Below are positions 1-10,450 of a DNA stretch of 64,000 bases, in pieces. The position numbers and the translations under genes were made by a program. The stretch comes from Nitrospirota bacterium (GTDB taxonomy: Bacteria; Nitrospirota; UBA9217), in assembly GCA_963796285.1 (NCBI GenBank), contig CAWCKW010000006.1, positions 96,001-160,000 of the forward strand, in the 5' to 3' direction. Each line of letters begins with the position of its first letter. Position 1 is the stretch's first letter. The notes below the pieces were generated by a model. The model saw only the letters and a list, made by a program, of their open reading frames with translations. It had not been told where the DNA came from and did no database searches.

Positions 1-2
1 AC

Positions 3-242
3 ACGATCGTTGTAGCCCTGGATACGGAGTGTGCCATGGTGAAGAAGATGCTCGAGGACATCGCGGTCCTTGACCGGTTCGCCCCGCTCACCGGGTTCCA
101 GAACAATCCCGTGTACCTCTCCGCGGCAAAGCGCCTCAAGCATGTGGCCTGTCCTGTGCCATCAGGCATTTTGAAGACGCTCGAGGTCGAAGCGGGCTTG
201 AATGTTGTGAAGGATGCAACCATCACGTTCGATAAGAAATAG
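3..242 (+). CDS. DUF6951-like small protein, 5' truncated by window edge
   Basis: Open frame TIVVALDTEC...HVACPVPSGILKTLEVEAGL; the CPVP-G-K--EV-AGL motif resembles DUF6951. Confidence 0.55.
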   Translation, partial: TIVVALDTECAMVKKMLEDIAVLDRFAPLTGFQNNPVYLSAAKRLKHVACPVPSGILKTLEVEAGLNVVKDATITFDKK

Positions 243-361
243 ACCTTCTCCAGCTAGTGAAGTTGGGTATTGACCAAAAACCCTTTTATGGTCTGAACAG
301 TACGTCAACGGATCGGTTATTTGCCCGATATGGTACAATAGGACAAGAACAAAGGGCGACC

Positions 362-1042
362 ATGGAAAAACTTCTCATCGTTGCCGTGTATGCAGTGTAC
401 GCGGCATTCTGGCTGCGGTTCTTGGGGCATGCCCTCGTGTGGTGGAAAGCCACGCAGCGGTTCATGGAACCCATTGCTCCCCGGACACGGGCGAAGGCCT
501 GTGCGCTCACGGCCACTGATGTGGTGTTCTTCAACAGGCTCTTCTGGGTGAACCCAGGGCTTTGGTTCGGTGAATGGCTCTTTCACGCCACCTTGACGCT
601 TGTGTTCCTGCGCCACCTCAGGTTTGTCCTGGACCCGGTGCCGGCCTGTATCTGGTGGGTACAGACGCCAGGGCTGATCGCGGGCTATCTTCTGCCCGTG
701 TCACTCGGATACATCCTGATCATCCGGCTGCTCACCAACCAGGAGAAGTATGCTGCTCCTGGGAACGTTTTTCTCCTCGGTCTGGTGCTCGTCATCAGCT
801 GCGTCGGTCTTCTCATGCAGGCGCTGTTCAAACCCGACCTCGTCGGCGTGAAGCTGTTCATTCTCAGCTTTACCGGCTTTACTCCGGCGGCCGTACCTCA
901 TAGCCTTTTGTTCGTACTGCATTTCAGCCTCGTTCTGGTCCTGGTCCCCTTCCTGCCCACGCACATCTTCACGGCCCCGCTGGTGATGATGGAGGCCAGG
1001 AAGCGGGAGCAAGCGCTTCGCCTGGTGATCCATGAAGAATGA
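362..1042 (+). CDS. NarI/HdrE/DsrM-like diheme cytochrome b membrane subunit
   Basis: About 5 TM helices; His pairs WLFH...LRH and VLH...PTH; coupled to downstream Fe-S gene. Confidence 0.7.
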   Translation: MEKLLIVAVYAVYAAFWLRFLGHALVWWKATQRFMEPIAPRTRAKACALTATDVVFFNRLFWVNPGLWFGEWLFHATLTLVFLRHLRFVLDPVPACIWWVQTPGLIAGYLLPVSLGYILIIRLLTNQEKYAAPGNVFLLGLVLVISCVGLLMQALFKPDLVGVKLFILSFTGFTPAAVPHSLLFVLHFSLVLVLVPFLPTHIFTAPLVMMEARKREQALRLVIHEE

Positions 1043-2235
1043 CCGGTCCTTCACTGAAGAGCTTTCATCCAGACAGGTCCTCGAGATCGACGCCTGCACG
1101 CAGTGCGGCGAGTGCCTGAAACACTGCCCGGTGCAGGACGTGACGGGCAACCCCGCGGTCTCGCCGCCCGAAAAGATCCGCATGTTCCGCGAGTTCATCC
1201 GCGCAACCGACGGGCTCAAGGCAAAGCTCTTCGGCCCGGGCGAGGTGGACCGGAAACTGCTCGAGGATTTCACGAAGGCCGTGTATGAATGCACCACCTG
1301 CGGCGCGTGCGGTCAGAACTGCCCGGTCGGCATCTTTACGCAGCGGCTCTGGCCCATGCTCAGAAAAGAGATGGTGAAACGCGGCCTCGGGCCGATCGGC
1401 GTCCAGGCTGACCTGCCGAACGCGATCCGAACATTCCGGCAATCCCTATGACAAACCTGCGGCAAACCGGTATGCGCCCTGGTTCCCGGAGCAGGTGAAG
1501 CTCGTGGAGCGTTCAGCGATCGCCTACTACGCCGGGTGCACGGGCGCCTACGAATCACAGCCCATGGTCAGGGGAGACGTGCTCGTACTGAACGCGATCG
1601 GAGAGCCCTTTACCATGCTGCCGCCGGAAGAAGAGGTGTGCTGCGGATTTCCACTCTTCATCACAGGACAGCACGATCTGCTCAAGGAGCTCGTCACGAG
1701 GCTCGTGGAGGGATATACGGCGCGCGGCGTCAAGATGCTGGTCTGCTCCTGTCCCTGCTGCGTGAACATCATGGCCCGGGACTGGCCCCTGATCTACGGC
1801 GCGGCGCTGCCGTTCAAGATACGGCATATCACGCAGTATGTTTCGGAGGCGATCCAGCAGGGCAGACTGCGCGTGAACAAGGAACTGCATGAGTCCGTGA
1901 TCTACCACGATCCCTGTTACCTCAGCAGGGGTGTGGGCGTGATCGAGGAGCCGCGCAGCGTGCTCAAAAGCATCCCCGGAGTCACGCTCCTGGAGTTCGA
2001 GCGGCATGGCCTGAACTCGCGATGCTGCGGTTCCGGCGGCGCGGCCCGCAAGGTCTTTCACGAGAACGCCATCAAGATGGGCAGACAGACCATTGACGAG
2101 GCCGTGGCAAAAAAGGCCGACCGCCTGATCTTGAGCTGCCCCGCCTGTTATGCCAAGGTGAACGAGGCCATGCAGGGTTATGATAAGCAGATCCGCATCA
2201 CGGACATCATGGAGCTGATGAGCGGGTTGATTTGA
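1032..2235 (+). CDS. HdrD/GlpC-like Fe-S protein (2x 4Fe-4S + 2 CCG domains); +1 frameshift near 1434
   Basis: CTQCGECLKHCP, CTTCGACGQNCP, then YYAGC..CCG..CPCC and YHDPC..CCG..CPAC; removing one T at ~1434 joins the ORFs (RTSGNPYDKP). Confidence 0.8.
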
Positions 2236-2344
2236 TAATGAATGCGTCTCGCGCAAAGCCGCAAAGGGCGCAACGAAAATAAAGACGTGAATTATTAGTT
2301 CTTTCTCTGTGTCTTTGCGCGAAAATTGAATTAAGGACTTAATC

Positions 2345-3605
2345 ATGAGCCATTTTTCCATTCAATGCAAAAAGTGCGGTAAGAACCTCGAGAACACCTT
2401 CTGCGCCTTCTGCGAACACTGCAAGGACGCGCTCCTCGTGACGAATTATCACGGCACCCGTTTTGCGGAACAGGGGACTGAGGGAATCTGGAGGTTCAAT
2501 TGGCTTCCCGTCCATGGTTCGCGATTCTCCCAGCCGGGTCCGCTGGTGTATCGTTCGCAGCGTCTTGCCGAGCATCTTGGCCTGGAGAATCTTTACATTG
2601 CTTTCAACGGGTACTGGCCCGAGAAAGGGGTGTTCCTTGAGACGTGCACGTTCAAGGAGTTCGAGGCCGCCGTGGTGCTTCAGAACGCCCGGGAGAACGG
2701 CATTGAAGGCCTGATCGTCGCATCCGCCGGGAACACGGCGCGGGCCTTCTCGCACCTTTCTTCGGTGACGGGATTTCCCGTCGTCATTGTCGTACCGCGG
2801 ATGTGCCTCACGGAGATGTGGTACCTCGAACAATCGTCCACAGTGCCTACTCTCGCGGTGGGGGACGGCGATTACGCGGACTCTATCGATGTCGCGAAGA
2901 AGATCGCGCTCATCACGGGGTTCCCGTTCGAAGGCGGGGTGAAGAACATTGCCAAGCGAGACGGCCTCGGCATCGTGATGCTCGAAGCGGTTTCGAAGAT
3001 AGGAAAACTGCCGGACCACTACGTTCAGGCCGTGGGAAGCGGCACCGGCGCTATCGGCGCGTGGGAGATGGCCGAGAGGTTCATTAAGGACGGCAGGTTC
3101 GGCTCTCGCTTGCCGATCCTCCATCTCGGACAGAACCTCCCTTTTGCGCCGATGCTTCATGCATGGGACAAGGGCAGCCGCGCGCTGTTCCCCGAAGACC
3201 TGAATCCGGAGCTGATCGCGCAAATCACTACCCGCGTGCTCTCGACCCGCTATCCCGCATATTCGGTTCAAGGGGGATGTGTTCGATGCGCTCGCGGCAA
3301 CCAGCGGAAAGATGTACGGCATTGAGAATGACGCCGTGTATGCCGGGATGGAACTATTTCTGAAGACCGAAGGCATCGACATCGTTCCCGCCTCGGGCGT
3401 GGCCGTTGCCGTGCTCGGCGACGCCGTGCGGAAAGGCGCGATCAAAAAGAACGAGACAGTCCTTTTGAACATCACAGGCGGAGGAGAAGCGCGGCTGAGA
3501 CAGGTTAAGAAGACCTATGCCGTGGAGCCGAAGTTTATCTCTAAAAACGCGACAGACAAGGACATCGAGGAGCTTTTGTGCCACACCCTGAAGAAGATCT
3601 CATAG
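2345..3605 (+). CDS. Cysteate synthase (PLP, threonine-synthase-like); +1 frameshift near 3278
   Basis: LYIAFNGYWPE, TCTFKEFEA, ASAGNTARAF, EGGVKNIAKRDGLG, YVQAVGSGTGAIGAWE, LLNITGGG; removing one base gives QGGVFDAL. Confidence 0.85.
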
Positions 3606-4715
3606 CCATACTCAAGAAGCACTCGGTGGATTTCACCGCTTCCCTTCCCTGCGAGAAGATCAAGACCCTTCTCGAGATGATTGGCCAGCAGTTCACGCAC
3701 CTGCCATTGACCCGCGAAGAGGAAGGGGTGGGCATCTGCGCCGGTGCAGCGCTCTCGGGAAGACGACCGGCCATGTTCGTTCAAAGCTCGGGCATCGGGA
3801 ACATGCTCAACGCGCTCCTGTCCCTCACGCAGTTCTATGAGCTCCCGCTCGCGATCTTCGTGAGCCAGCGGGGCGATCTACAAAGAGAAGATCGAAGCCC
3901 AGTTCCCCATGGGCCAACGGCTCCCCGGCATACTCTCCGGCGCAGGCATCGCCTATACCGAGATAAAAAGCAGCCAGGATATCAGCAAAGTGGACCAGGA
4001 GCTTGCGGAAGTGTTCGGCAAGAATAGAATTCACGCGTTCCTGATGAGCCCTGCGATATGGGAAGGGTCGGAATGCGGAGTTCGGAGCGCAGCATGCGGA
4101 ACAAGGACATCAACTGCAAAGGAACCTGCGTCAAGGCCCATGCCTGGTGTATCAAGGCCGACGTTGACACGATTCGACATCATCAAGATCCTCGCGCCAT
4201 ACCTTGAGGGCAAGGCAGTCGTGAGCAATCTCGGATGGCCTTCCAAGGAACTGTTTGCCATCAAGCATCAACCATCGAACTTCTACATGCTCGGCAGCAT
4301 GGGCATGGCAACGCCCATCGGCCTGGGCATGGCGCTCACCTCATCGAAAGAGATCATCGTCATCGACGGCGACGGAAGCCTGCTCATGAACCCCGGCACG
4401 CTCGCAACAGCAGCTTACGCTGCTCCGCGCAATCTGACCATCATCGCGATCGACAACGGCGCCTACGGCTCCACGGGAAACCAGCCGACGCTTGCGGCAT
4501 CATGCGTTGATCTCGAAGCCGTCGCGCAAGGGTTCGGGTTCAGGAACACGGTGAAGGTTGCGACCGAAGAGCAGATTGTGGAAGTGATGAAGAAACAGCG
4601 GAAGGGGCCGCGTTTTATTCATGTCCTGGCGATTCCGGGGAACAAGGACATCCCGAATATTCCGATCCCTCATATGGAGATCAAACAACGGGTGCAGGAG
4701 TTTCTAAGAACGTGA
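3578..4715 (+). CDS. comDE: Sulfopyruvate decarboxylase, fused alpha/beta; +1 frameshift near 3875
   Basis: Alpha motifs SLPCEK, LTREEEGVGICAGA, QSSGIGN; beta motifs NFYMLGSMG, DGDGSLLMN, DNGAYGSTGNQPT; repaired junction SQRGIYKEKIEAQ. Confidence 0.82.
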
Positions 4716-5230
4716 TCTGCTTACCATTAATACAACGGGGCATTCATCACCGGAAAGAGGATGAGGATACAACTCGAAATATTACTCGCCCTTTTAACTG
4801 GTTTTTGCTTTGTTCACGTACAAGGTTGCACTGCAGGCCTGTCGAAAATGCTGCGAACTTCTTGTTGAAAGGTACATCGAATGCGCAGGTCAAACCATGA
4901 TTTTACTCAGCATGCATCTCACAGGTGAGAGGAAGGTCTTACCTTGGGTTTTGAGTTATCTTGAGGCCGATCCCGATCTCTTTGCCACAGCAGACACTTT
5001 AGGCTACCTTCTCTGATTCTCTTGAAGGCTTGCACACCGTATCTTGCCTAAGGCCGATGAAAACGTGTTACCTCTGCCTCAAAACCCAAGGTAATTCTAT
5101 AAATCTGCAGATGTTTTGTTATAAAGTTCTCAATTATAGCATTGAGGATATTAAATGAAATCATTAATCGCATCAACATCGCTTATTTAAACTGCAAGGT
5201 TGCCTGTCATTTGCAGCCAATTTTTGTTCC

Positions 5231-5547
5231 TTATACCTTCTCTGCAGCAGCCTGCTTATTACGCATAGTAGATGGAACGGAGACTGCAACTCCCGCCACC
5301 GTGCCCGAAGCCCGCCGACCACGAGGCAGACCGCTGCTGCGCAGGCGATCCCGACCACGATCCCCATCACGATTATTGCCCGCGCTATGAGGGTCGGCTC
5401 AACTGTCCCGCCCATCAGTTTCTGGAGCAGGATCAGCGTCCCGAAGCTGCCGAAGTAGAACCCCGGCATGATCCCGAATACCAGAAACACCACCCCCCCT
5501 ATTGATGCTCCGATCTTCATTCCTGTTTTGACTGTCTCGTTCTTCAT
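5231..5547 (-). CDS. Small Gly-rich membrane protein, paralog of 48919..49230; one-base deletion near 5307
   Basis: Same protein as 48919 up to VVGGL; the shifted frame gives the homologous tail GTVAGVAVSVPSTMRNKQAAAEKV*. Confidence 0.7.
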
Positions 5548-5956
5548 GGCGAATCTCCTTTCAGCCGCAGCTGTTATATTTTGTTGAATAGTATCTTGCC
5601 CCTCTGTTTATCTCTGGCCTGCTTTTGCTTCTTCCGGCTCTTTGGCATGCGTGCCCGATTCAAGGGCCTTGCCGACAAGCCAGCCGACCGTTGATGTGGC
5701 CGTTACCATCACGATGCCGGCTACCAGAACTCCGAGGAGCATGGATGCGAGTACGATGACCCTCGATACCAGTCCCGGCTGGAGGGGAAGCCCAAAGAAC
5801 CATCCCGCGATATTGATGCCCATCGCGCCGCCCAGCAGGCTGCCCGGCAGAAGCCCAAAGAGCGCGAAGAGCACCAGTCCTGCGCCTGCCCCGATGTATG
5901 CTGTCTTTCTTGCTATTGTGGTCTTCATTGTCGTTTCCTCCTTTTCGTTCGTCTTG
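5309..5956 (-). repeat. 648-bp near-identical inverted copy of 48510..49157
   Basis: Direct comparison; I found two synonymous mismatches. Confidence 0.92.
5608..5928 (-). CDS. Small Gly-rich membrane protein, identical to 48538..48858
   Basis: AAGGAGG RBS, hydrophobic helices, duplicated. Confidence 0.85.
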   Translation of the reverse strand: MKTTIARKTAYIGAGAGLVLFALFGLLPGSLLGGAMGINIAGWFFGLPLQPGLVSRVIVLASMLLGVLVAGIVMVTATSTVGWLVGKALESGTHAKEPEEAKAGQR

Positions 5957-5966
5957 TCTGGGTAAT

Positions 5967-5982
5967 TGCATCATACGTGCCA
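5967..5982 (-). promoter_or_regulatory. sigma54 -24/-12 promoter
   Basis: TGGCACGTATGATGCA (GG-N10-GC); equivalent site at the second copy. Confidence 0.75.
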
Positions 5983-6024
5983 AAAGGTAAGGTCCTGAAT
6001 TTGCTGGAAGGAGGTACTGATAAC

Positions 6025-6044
6025 GTTTTGCAGAAGTGAGAAAA
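6025..6044 (-). promoter_or_regulatory. Putative upstream activator site
   Basis: TTTTCTCA-N4-TGCAAAAC shared with 48422..48441 at nearly the same distance from the promoter. Confidence 0.5.
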
Positions 6045-6630
6045 GAAGGTTTATTTTAATAGAGATGCAAAAAGCTGTTCCAAGCAGCGCTGGCTACAGA
6101 TTACTCAAGCCGTTATTGCTAAACGTATCTTAATATGGCGGCTTGAAACAGGGATTAAGCCCCTTTAACGTTTGTTCTTTATGGACCGCGTCCATAAGCA
6201 CCTGACCGCTGCTTTCCAACAGGCTAGATGCTGAAAATTGCGCCCAACTTTGCACTTTCATGAGTCTGGCCACCCGATTACCGATCATTTTCCTCGCATC
6301 CGGCGTAACGGTTACACATGATGCGCTTTTGCAACAATATTCCGAATAACAGCAGCTGGTATTGCTACATTTGTCGTTATCCATAGTACCCACCCTTTTG
6401 CTCCCAAAATACTCATTCTGGTTATTGATTCAATAATGAGTGGCTGATTTTATCCCGGACTGTCTATGTTGTAAAGAATATTTTCGGGGTATGCGCCGAT
6501 AATAATTCGTGACGTACTATGCAATTACAAGAATACGCAGTTATTGTGAGATTCCGGAAGGACTCTGCATTCCGTCAATGTATCTTAATATAAAACAGCA
6601 TAAAGTTATGTTAAAATGGTTCGAGTCAAT

Positions 6631-6656
6631 ATTGGCTCCCCATGCTGGACTCGAAC
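6631..6656 (-). other. tRNA 3'-end-like fragment containing the att core
   Basis: GTTCGAGTCCAGCATGGGGAGCCAAT vs tRNA-Asn GTTCGAGTCCTGCTCCGGGAGCCAAT. Confidence 0.5.
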
Positions 6657-6787
6657 TGAACCATCGCAGACGAATTATACGTGAAAGTTGAAGATTCAAA
6701 AGGGTGCGCCACTGCGGCTTTAAGGAAGAATGAATGTACGATGAGGTGTTTCTTAGATGATCATCCCCGCATCGTTACTGCACGTTA

Positions 6788-7390
6788 CTATAATCTGCCC
6801 GTCTTCTGATACTCCTGCACGTAGACCTTGATGGCCCTGAGGATCAACCAGTCCACGGAAACACTATTGTCTAGTGCGATTTGCAGCAATGCATCGACCT
6901 GGTCCTTGTCAATGGCAGGCTGGGCAGGCGACGGCGCTGCGATTGCTTCTTCCGTCGTGCCGGGATCTGATCCGGGTGTCCGCTTGCAGTGTTCTTGTCG
7001 AAGGAGTCCCATCAGGCTTTTTACATCACCACCCTCGATCGCTTTTCTTACTTCCTCTAGAACTTCTGCCGGCGCTTCTGCCGCAGGCAACACCTGCTCC
7101 GTGGGCACGCTTGCTGATGACTGCGGCTGTTGCTCCTCAGGAGATTGTACGGTTGGGACACTTCCCATAGGCATCATGCCGGTCATTCCCATCATCATGC
7201 TGGCCAGTTTCCTTGCATATTCATTGTCAGGCATCTCCTGCTTGATAAAGTCATCAAGCTTTCCCTCAGCCATGGCACCAGCCATGCGGTCCGCCAGCAA
7301 CGCCGCCTGTTCATCCGGCTGTTCAAATCTGTTTTTTCTTCCAAAGGCGGAATTCGGCGGCTTTGGAAGTGGATTATCGTTCTTTGTCAT
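6788..7390 (-). CDS. Hypothetical protein with possible C-terminal ribbon-helix-helix
   Basis: 200-aa ORF; tail IDKDQVDALLQIA...SVDWLILRAIKVYV. Confidence 0.6.
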   Translation of the reverse strand: MTKNDNPLPKPPNSAFGRKNRFEQPDEQAALLADRMAGAMAEGKLDDFIKQEMPDNEYARKLASMMMGMTGMMPMGSVPTVQSPEEQQPQSSASVPTEQVLPAAEAPAEVLEEVRKAIEGGDVKSLMGLLRQEHCKRTPGSDPGTTEEAIAAPSPAQPAIDKDQVDALLQIALDNSVSVDWLILRAIKVYVQEYQKTGRL

Positions 7391-7899
7391 TAGTTCTGCC
7401 TCCCGGGCAGCAAACAAGGTTTCGTTCGTATCCTGACGCGTACTGCAGATCGCTGAAAATTGCCTTCGCTGTTATTGCAGGAGCGCTTCTTTCGACGCGG
7501 CAATCCTGCACCATCTGATTTATCCAACCGTGCGATGGCTTCAGATGGTGCAGGACATTATAGACCCTCGGTGTGATAATGTCTAGACATATGCGGAGAA
7601 CCAGGCCACGGTCTCCCGCAGTGAGTTCTCTGCCGCGAGCGGCACCATCTGGGCGAATATGCAGATATAAGCACTTCCCCTAATAAACAGCCGCGGATAC
7701 GGATGAAATCGGTTTTTTCTTTGGCTTTTAAATCACCCATTCAGTGTCCACATGCTTTTTTAGGCCAATAGGACGAATTTTACAGTTGCAGTCTGCGTTC
7801 AGAAAAGGTACATTGTACCATTCAAGCTAAGGAACAGCGCGCAAACAGGGAAGTGTTTCCCTGGTTTTTTTTTCAACAACAGATCCAAAGGAGAGCACC

Positions 7900-8328
7900 A
7901 TGACACAGGCAAAACAGGGAGATATTGTTAAGTTGCACTACATGGGCAAACTGCCGGACGGGACCATTTTCGATACGTCCCGTGAACGCCATCCTTTGCA
8001 GTTCACCATCGGCAAGGGACAGGTGATCGCCGGCTTCGAACAGGCCGTGATCGGCATGAAGATCGGGGAGTCGAAGACCGCGAGAATCCCGATGGAGCAG
8101 GCCTACGGTCCCCATCGCGAGGACATGGTCGTGACGATGGACCGCAGCAAGCTGCCGCCGGGCTTGAATCCGATGGTCGGCCAACGGCTCGAACTCACCC
8201 AAGTCGATGACCAGACCTCCCTGGTCACGGTAACGAATGTGACCGAATCCACCTTGACACTCGATGCCAACCATCCCCTGGCCGGTAAAGAGCTGACCTT
8301 TGATCTTGAACTGGTCGGGATCCTGTAA
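7900..8328 (+). CDS. slyD: FKBP-type peptidyl-prolyl isomerase (SlyD-like, no His tail)
   Basis: VKLHYMGKL, FDTS, GQVIAGFE, LDANHPLAGKELTFDLEL. Confidence 0.88.
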   Translation: MTQAKQGDIVKLHYMGKLPDGTIFDTSRERHPLQFTIGKGQVIAGFEQAVIGMKIGESKTARIPMEQAYGPHREDMVVTMDRSKLPPGLNPMVGQRLELTQVDDQTSLVTVTNVTESTLTLDANHPLAGKELTFDLELVGIL

Positions 8329-8343
8329 AGAACCGACTGATTT

Positions 8344-8571
8344 ATGCGGAAGATCCCGACCGACAACGTCACCCTGACAGAGCGACTCGCATATGCGACC
8401 ACGCCTGATGGGTACTCGGTCCATGACACAATAGCCATAGACATCAACATGTCGCCGAACTCTCCGGATAAGCACTACAACGCGCTCGTCAAGGTCACTG
8501 ACCAGTGCACCATGAAGAAGACCCTTCTACACCCGCCGAAATTCGCGATCAAGATCATGCTTCAGCAATAA
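8344..8571 (+). pseudogene. Probable C-terminal fragment of an OsmC-family protein
   Basis: DQCTMKKTLLHPPKFAI resembles an OsmC C-terminus; N-terminus absent. Confidence 0.4.
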
Positions 8572-8733
8572 TCCCTTCAAAAGTACATCAAGTCCTGATA
8601 TACTATTACTATATGCTCAACCGCCCGTACTCCTCATTTCCCCTTGGGAAGAATGCCGGAGCAAGGGGGGAGGGCTGAACCTTCCCCAACAAGGGTGAGG
8701 AAGCCCAAGCTAACCGTGAATTACAAAATTACC

Positions 8734-10431
8734 ATGTTAAAAATACCCGGCCTGCAATCCGTTTATCGTGTCGTTCTCTACTACCTCGTGTTCGGCATCG
8801 TCTGGATCGTCCTCTCCGACGGGCTGCTCGCACTGCTCGTCCCGGACCCTCACAGGTTGAACGTTCTCCAGACCTATAAGGGCTGGGCCTTTGTTTTCGT
8901 CAGCTCACTTCTCATCTATTTCACAATTCAGCACGGGCTTCGAGCGCTGGCTCAGACCGAGGCTGACTTGCGCGAGTCAGAAGAAAAGTATCGCACCTTA
9001 ATCGAAACCGATAACGACGCTGTCTTCATCATTGACGCGGAAACAGGGATCATCCTTGATGCCAATAAAAAAGCCGACGACCTCCTCGGAATGACCCATG
9101 AGAAGATCATTGGAATGCACCAGAAGGCGATCCATCCCGAGGAAGACTCGGACCAGTGCGCCCGTATCCTGAAAGATTCGCTCACGAACGGCGGCGTTGT
9201 CGCTGGTGATATCTGCGTGTTCCATAGAAGCGGGAGAAAAATACCCGTTGAGGTCAGCGTGACCATCGTCGAGCGGGGCGGAAAACGGATCATTCAGAGC
9301 TTTTTCCGGGACATCACCAAACGGAAACATGCCGAGGACCTGGCAAAAGAACGGCTCCAGCGTCTCGCTGCCCTTCATGCCATCGACATGATCATCAGTT
9401 CGAGCCTCGATCTCAGGGTCACGCTCTCTGAGTTTCTCGACCTCGTGATCTCACAACTGCGCGTGGACGCCGCTGATGTTCTGCTCCTGAATCCCCATAC
9501 TCAGACCCTTGAATTCGCTGCGGGCCGCGGGTTCCATACGGACGGTATCCAGCGATCACGAGTCCGCCTGGGTGAAGGCATTGCGGGTCTGGCCGCCCTG
9601 GAACACCGGAGCATCAGTATCCCGAACCTCCTTGACCCCGCAAACGGTTTCCTTCGCACGCCTCTGCTCGAGACCGAAAGCTTTATCGCCTATGCCGTGG
9701 TGCCTCTCATGGCAAAAGGCCATATAACTGCTGTGCTTGAGGTCTATCACCGTGCACCCCTGGTCCTGGACACGGAATGGCTGAACTTCCTCGAAGCCCT
9801 CGCTTCCCAGGCCGCCATTGCCATAGACAACGCCACGCTCTTCAATGAGCTCCAGCGGTCAACGATCGAGATCACGGTGGCGTACGATGCCACCCTCGAA
9901 GGCTGGGCCCGCGCCCTCGATCTCCGCAACCAGGCAACCGAGCAACACACCCAGCGGGTGACGGAAATGACGATGCGCCTCGCGCGAACCATGGGGGTCG
10001 GCGAAAAAGAGCTGGTGCACATTCGTCGCGGCGCACTCTTGCACGACGTCGGAAAGCTCGGCATTCCCGACAGTATCCTGCTCAAACCCGGTCCTCTTAC
10101 GGATAACGAGTGGGCCTTGATGCGCAAGCACCCCGAGTACGCCTTCGACATGCTCCAGCCCATAGCGTATCTCCGGCCTGCGCTGGACATCCCGTATGCG
10201 CACCATGAAAAATGGGACGGCAGCGGTTATCCCCGCTCATTAAAGGGAGAGCAGATCCCCCTCGCGGCCAGGATCTTCACAGTCGCGGACGTGTGGGACG
10301 CCATGACCGATGAGAAGCGGCCGTATAGAAGAGCCCTGTCAAAAGATAAAGTTCGAGAATATATTCGCTCCCTAGCAGGGACCCAGCTTGATCCAACAGT
10401 CGTAGATGCGTTTTTGAAGATGGCGTGGTAA
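8734..10431 (+). CDS. Membrane-anchored PAS-GAF-HD-GYP cyclic dinucleotide phosphodiesterase
   Basis: 2 TM, PAS, GAF, LLHDVGK, HHEKWDGSGYP, VADVWDAM. Confidence 0.9.
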   Translation: MLKIPGLQSVYRVVLYYLVFGIVWIVLSDGLLALLVPDPHRLNVLQTYKGWAFVFVSSLLIYFTIQHGLRALAQTEADLRESEEKYRTLIETDNDAVFIIDAETGIILDANKKADDLLGMTHEKIIGMHQKAIHPEEDSDQCARILKDSLTNGGVVAGDICVFHRSGRKIPVEVSVTIVERGGKRIIQSFFRDITKRKHAEDLAKERLQRLAALHAIDMIISSSLDLRVTLSEFLDLVISQLRVDAADVLLLNPHTQTLEFAAGRGFHTDGIQRSRVRLGEGIAGLAALEHRSISIPNLLDPANGFLRTPLLETESFIAYAVVPLMAKGHITAVLEVYHRAPLVLDTEWLNFLEALASQAAIAIDNATLFNELQRSTIEITVAYDATLEGWARALDLRNQATEQHTQRVTEMTMRLARTMGVGEKELVHIRRGALLHDVGKLGIPDSILLKPGPLTDNEWALMRKHPEYAFDMLQPIAYLRPALDIPYAHHEKWDGSGYPRSLKGEQIPLAARIFTVADVWDAMTDEKRPYRRALSKDKVREYIRSLAGTQLDPTVVDAFLKMAW

Positions 10432-10450
10432 GTCCAATGAAAGAACGGGC

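Noticed and set aside
4716-5230. Short ORFs after comDE
   Set aside because: AT-rich with no motifs; probably non-coding.
6130-6393. 87-aa Cys-rich ORF
   Set aside because: No family recognised and weak coding signal.
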